Source of the DNA: an uncultured Spirochaetota bacterium
GTDB taxonomy: Bacteria; Spirochaetota; Spirochaetia; SZUA-6; Fen-1364
Assembly (NCBI GenBank): GCA_963734545.1
Contig: CAVTHO010000010.1
Span: 128,001 to 192,000, forward strand
DNA: 64,000 nucleotides
Direction: 5' to 3'
Shown here: positions 60,501-64,000 of the stretch, one piece after another
Layout of the letters: each line of letters opens with the position of its first letter
Numbering within the stretch: the stretch's first letter is position 1
The notes under the pieces: generated by a model
What the model saw: the letters and a program-made list of their open reading frames with translations, nothing else
The model's database searches: none
Told to the model about the DNA's origin: nothing
Program-made: the position numbers and the translations under genes

Positions 60501-63500
60501 CTGATCGACCGGGCGCTTGCATGCAGCGCGAAGTACTTTCCCGGATCCAGGGGATTGCTGGGACTCATCATCGCCATGCCGAAATCAAGGTCGTCCAGCA
60601 CGAGCCCCACGGCTTCCGGGTTCACTTCAGCGGGAACGATCTTTCCAGTGACCGGGTCGCGGTCGATCTCGCCGTCCCCGTCGGCATCCACCCAGTACGG
60701 TCCGTTGATGCCCACGAAGGCGTGTACGTCCGCCGCGCCTATGGTCATGAAGCCCACTTCCTTGACCGTGTCGAGAACGGGAATCGGTGTATCGGCAGGC
60801 AATCCGTAGTCGTTCAAGAGCTTGCCGACGTCGGCCGTCACCTGTCCCAGGAGCCCTCCGGCGGTGTTGACCGTGGCTCCCGGTCCTTTCTCGAAGGCGA
60901 CGCTTCCAGTGATGTACACGAACTCCGATATCCGGATGGTGGCTTGTGCGACACTTGCCCCGATGCGCTCGTTGCCGTCAAAATCGATGTACACAGGCGG
61001 GGTGTCGACTCCGGTGCGGATTTCCAGGCCCGGCGGGTCCAGCTTGCCGTCGCCGTCCACGTCCGCTCCCGACGCCGCGGTGGCTCCTGCCAGCGCTGCC
61101 GCTTCGGACACTTCCAGCGTCCCGCTGGCGTCAGTGTCCAGCACGTCCAGGAGCGTGCTCAGCGCCACGACCTGGCCGTTGTTCGCCGCCGAATTGTACA
61201 GCCCGTTGTAGCTCTGGGCGCCGTTCAGCCCACGCAGCTCCCCGACCGTGACCAGCCCGTCGTGCCCCGGTCCCGTATCGAACAGGAGCAGCCGCTCGTC
61301 GGTCGCAAAGCTGTTGGCGAAGTTGATCACCGGCGCGCCGAAAACGCCGCCCGGCCATTCTTTTCCCGTGTTTACTCCCACCCGGATGCCTTCCAGTGTC
61401 ATTTCGACAGCGGGAAGTCCCACGAAGCCCACCAGATCGGCAGACGCCTTCAAGGCGTAGAACTTGGGAAGGACCGAGTCCAGGCCCGGCAGGGCCGCCA
61501 GCGTAGGCGCCATCATGACGAAGCCGAAGTCCGCGTTGTTTACGACCAGCCCTATCGCGTCCTGGTTCACCCCGGTTTCGTCGGACACCAGCCCGTCGCC
61601 GTCCGTGTCGATCTTGTACGGCCCGTTCAGGCCCACGAACACGTGGGCTCCCGAGAAGCCGATCTGCATCGAGTCCACTTCCAGGTTGTAGATCGTCGAG
61701 AAATCCGTGCTGATGCTCAGCGCGTCTTCACCCAGCCCGATAGTGCCTTTCTTCGGCAGGACATTCAGCGCGTCGAGGATGCCGCTTGCAAAGCCAGCCA
61801 GGTCACCGGGGAATCCCGTGGCCACCTCTACCCGGTACCCGGGTCCCTTCTCGAAGGAAAGGCTTCCGATCACGTACACGAACTGGGAAATCCGCAGAAG
61901 CACGCTTTGCGCCGCTGCTCCGATCCTCTGGTCTCCATTGAAGGTCAGGTAGACCGGCTCCGTCGTTGTCCCCGTCCGTATTTCGTAGCCCGCCGGGTCC
62001 AGCTTGCCGTCGCCGTCCTGGTCCGCTCCCGACGCCGCAGCTCCTGCCAGAGCCGCCGCCTCGGTCACTTCCAGCATCCCGTTGTCGTTGGTGTCCAGCA
62101 CGTCCATGAGAGTGCTCAGCGCCACGACCTGGCCATCACTCGCCGTCAAAGTGTACAGCCCGCCGTAGCTCTGCATGCCGCTGACGCCGCGCAACTCCCC
62201 GACCGTGATCAGCCCGTCGTGCCCCGGTCCCGTATCGAACAGGAGCAGCCGCTCGTCTGTCGCAAAGCTGTTGGCGAAATTGATCACCGGAGATCCCAGG
62301 CCTCCCGGCCACCCGCCGGAATCGTTCACCTCCACCAGCACCTTCTCAAGGGACGCCTGCAGGATGCCTTCCAGTCCGACAAGCCCGGCGCTCGCCGCCG
62401 TGGCCTTGACCGCAAAGAACGTCGGAAGGATCTTGTCGAGCCCGGGAAGCGCCGCCAGCGGCGACACCATCGTGACGAAACCAAGATCCACGTCGTCGAT
62501 CACCAGCCCCACCGCGTCCTCATTTACCGCGGTTTCGTCGGCCACCGAACCGTCGCCGTCCGTGTCGATCTTGTACGGCCCGTTCAAGCCCACAAACACG
62601 TGCGCCCCCGAGATGCCCATCTGCAGGGACCTGACCGGGAGGTTCTTGATCGTGGACAGGTCAGTGGTGATCTGCAGATCGCCCAGGCCGACTGTTCCCT
62701 CCAACGGGATGATCCCGCTGATCGAATCCAGCAGACTCTCCGCGATGTCCCCCAGGTTGGCGGGCAGCCCCGTGGCCACCTCCACCGTCTCTGCCGGCCC
62801 CATCTGGATGGAGAAGCTGCCGGTCACGTACACGAACTGGGAAATCTGCAGAAGCACGCTGTCCGCGGATGCGGCCATCCGCTGGCTGCCGTCGTAGTCC
62901 AGGTACACAGGGGCAAGACCCGTCCCCGTCCGTATCTCGTAACCACGCGGATCCAGCTTGCCGTCCCCGTCCTTGTCCGCTGCCAGCACTGCCGTGGTTC
63001 CTGCCAGCGCCGCTGCCTCGGCTGCTCCCAGCATCCCGTCGTGGTTGGCGTCCAGCGTGTTCAGGAGAGTGCCAAGCGCCACGACCTGGTTGTCGCTTGC
63101 CGCCGAATTATAGAGTCCGCCATACTCCGGCGTGCCGTTCAGCACGCGCAGTTCCCCGACCGTGACCAGCCTGTTGTGATCCGTGTCGAACAGAAGCAGC
63201 CGTTCGTCAACGGGGAAAGAGGCCGCGAAATCGATCCGGGGCTGCCCCAAAGTACCGCCCGAGGAGGAGTTCACCTCTACCCGCACATTCCGGACGGTCG
63301 CTTGCAGCACACCTTCCAGCCCCACAAGGCCGGCGGTCATTGCGGTGGCTTTTAAGGAATAGAACGTTGGAAGGCCCGACAGCATCTGCGGATAGAAAAT
63401 CACCATCCCGAAGTCCACGTCGGTGACCTGCAGACCCACCGCGTGGGGATTGGCCTCACTGGCGTCGAAGACCCGGTCTCCGTCCGCGTCCACCCAGTAG

Positions 63501-64000
63501 GGACCGTTCAGTCCCGCGAAGAGGGTTACGTTTGTCGCCGTGACCTCAAGGGGCGTCACCAGCATGTTCTCAACACCGCTCGACAGGTTGACCGGGACGT
63601 AGCTGAAGGGCTTGCGAAGCGTGAAATTGCCGCCCGCGTAAACGAAGGAACCAATGGCCAGGTCCAGGTCTGCGGTCAACTCCAGGCCTGTCGAAACATC
63701 GAACTTGATCGCAACCGTCCCGGCATCCCCCAGGGAGAGGGTTTCATCCAGCGTGTATCCCTCCAACAGGGTGGAAAGGTTCTGCATGGCCAGGTCGAAG
63801 ACCATTGTCGAAAGGCTTCCCACGGCGGTGCCGCCGATATCCAGGAGGGTCGGTCCCAGACGCGCCACCAGCTCGCTTCCGAACTCGCTGATGTCGAACA
63901 ACCCCAGGTCCAGGAGCTTCAGTGCGGCATCCAGGTTGCCCAGCTCCAGGCCCGTGACAATCTGGCCGGCGTCGGGAAGGGTCCCCATTACGGCCTTGAT
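51583..64000 (-). CDS. Giant repetitive surface/secreted protein (>4100 aa, 5' end outside the window); single +1 frameshift at 56008 splits it into two track ORFs
   Basis: ORFs 55838..63988 and 51583..55974 join in frame when C56008 is removed; DxDxDG EF-hand-like repeats, GGxGxD RTX repeats, Gly/Thr/Ala-rich beta-helix-like repeats. Confidence 0.85.
55296..56731. repeat. Near-perfect tandem duplication, unit 717 bp (239 codons)
   Basis: 55296-56007 matches 56014-56725; I saw two substitutions, plus one extra C at the junction. Confidence 0.9.
59300..63520 (-). repeat. About 950-bp module repeated 4-5 times inside the giant gene
   Basis: DERLLLFDT...VTVGELR...LDT..G.LEV.EA...ADxDGDGKLDP.G.EIRTG recurs near 63200, 62250, 61290, 60360 and, diverged, 59570. 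Confidence 0.85.

Noticed and set aside
59456-63355. 1299-aa + strand ORF
   Set aside because: Antisense shadow of the giant gene; no motifs, and composition typical of GC-rich reverse frames

Overview
High-GC bacterial genomic DNA, probably from a metagenome-assembled genome. The FASGGGE-type solute-binding protein signal peptide hints at Spirochaetota, which is an inference. I saw no rRNA, tRNA, CRISPR array, transposase or integrase. (1) 1-16.4 kb is a LacI-controlled divergent carbohydrate locus. The left arm carries a carbohydrate ABC importer, a URO-D/MtaA-like Zn protein, four tandem paralogs of an uncharacterised ~450-aa cytoplasmic protein with a conserved Cys/His metal motif, and a D-lyxose-isomerase-type cupin. 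The right arm carries a TIM-barrel isomerase/Zn-dehydrogenase fusion and a GH78 rhamnosidase. This is the best candidate for an undescribed system. (2) 16.4-24 kb is mixed: an RTX remnant, a YeiH exporter, a response regulator broken by a local inversion, GH43, and a membrane LuxR/serine-hydrolase pair with an operator doublet. (3) 24-38.7 kb is an IclR/KdgR-type regulon with five operator copies, covering sugar-acid catabolism genes and two ribose-type ABC systems; the second ABC system is full of +1 frameshifts. (4) 38.7-51.6 kb holds a flavodoxin, a secreted ankyrin protein, MacAB-TolC-type efflux, a WYL/GyrI pair with a palindromic operator, a stand-alone MshEN-like protein, GH53 and an SDR. 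(5) 51.6-64 kb is the 3' part of a giant (>4100 aa) mosaic surface protein with EF-hand-like modules, an RTX block and a recent 717-bp tandem duplication. All calls come from reading motifs; no database search was run.
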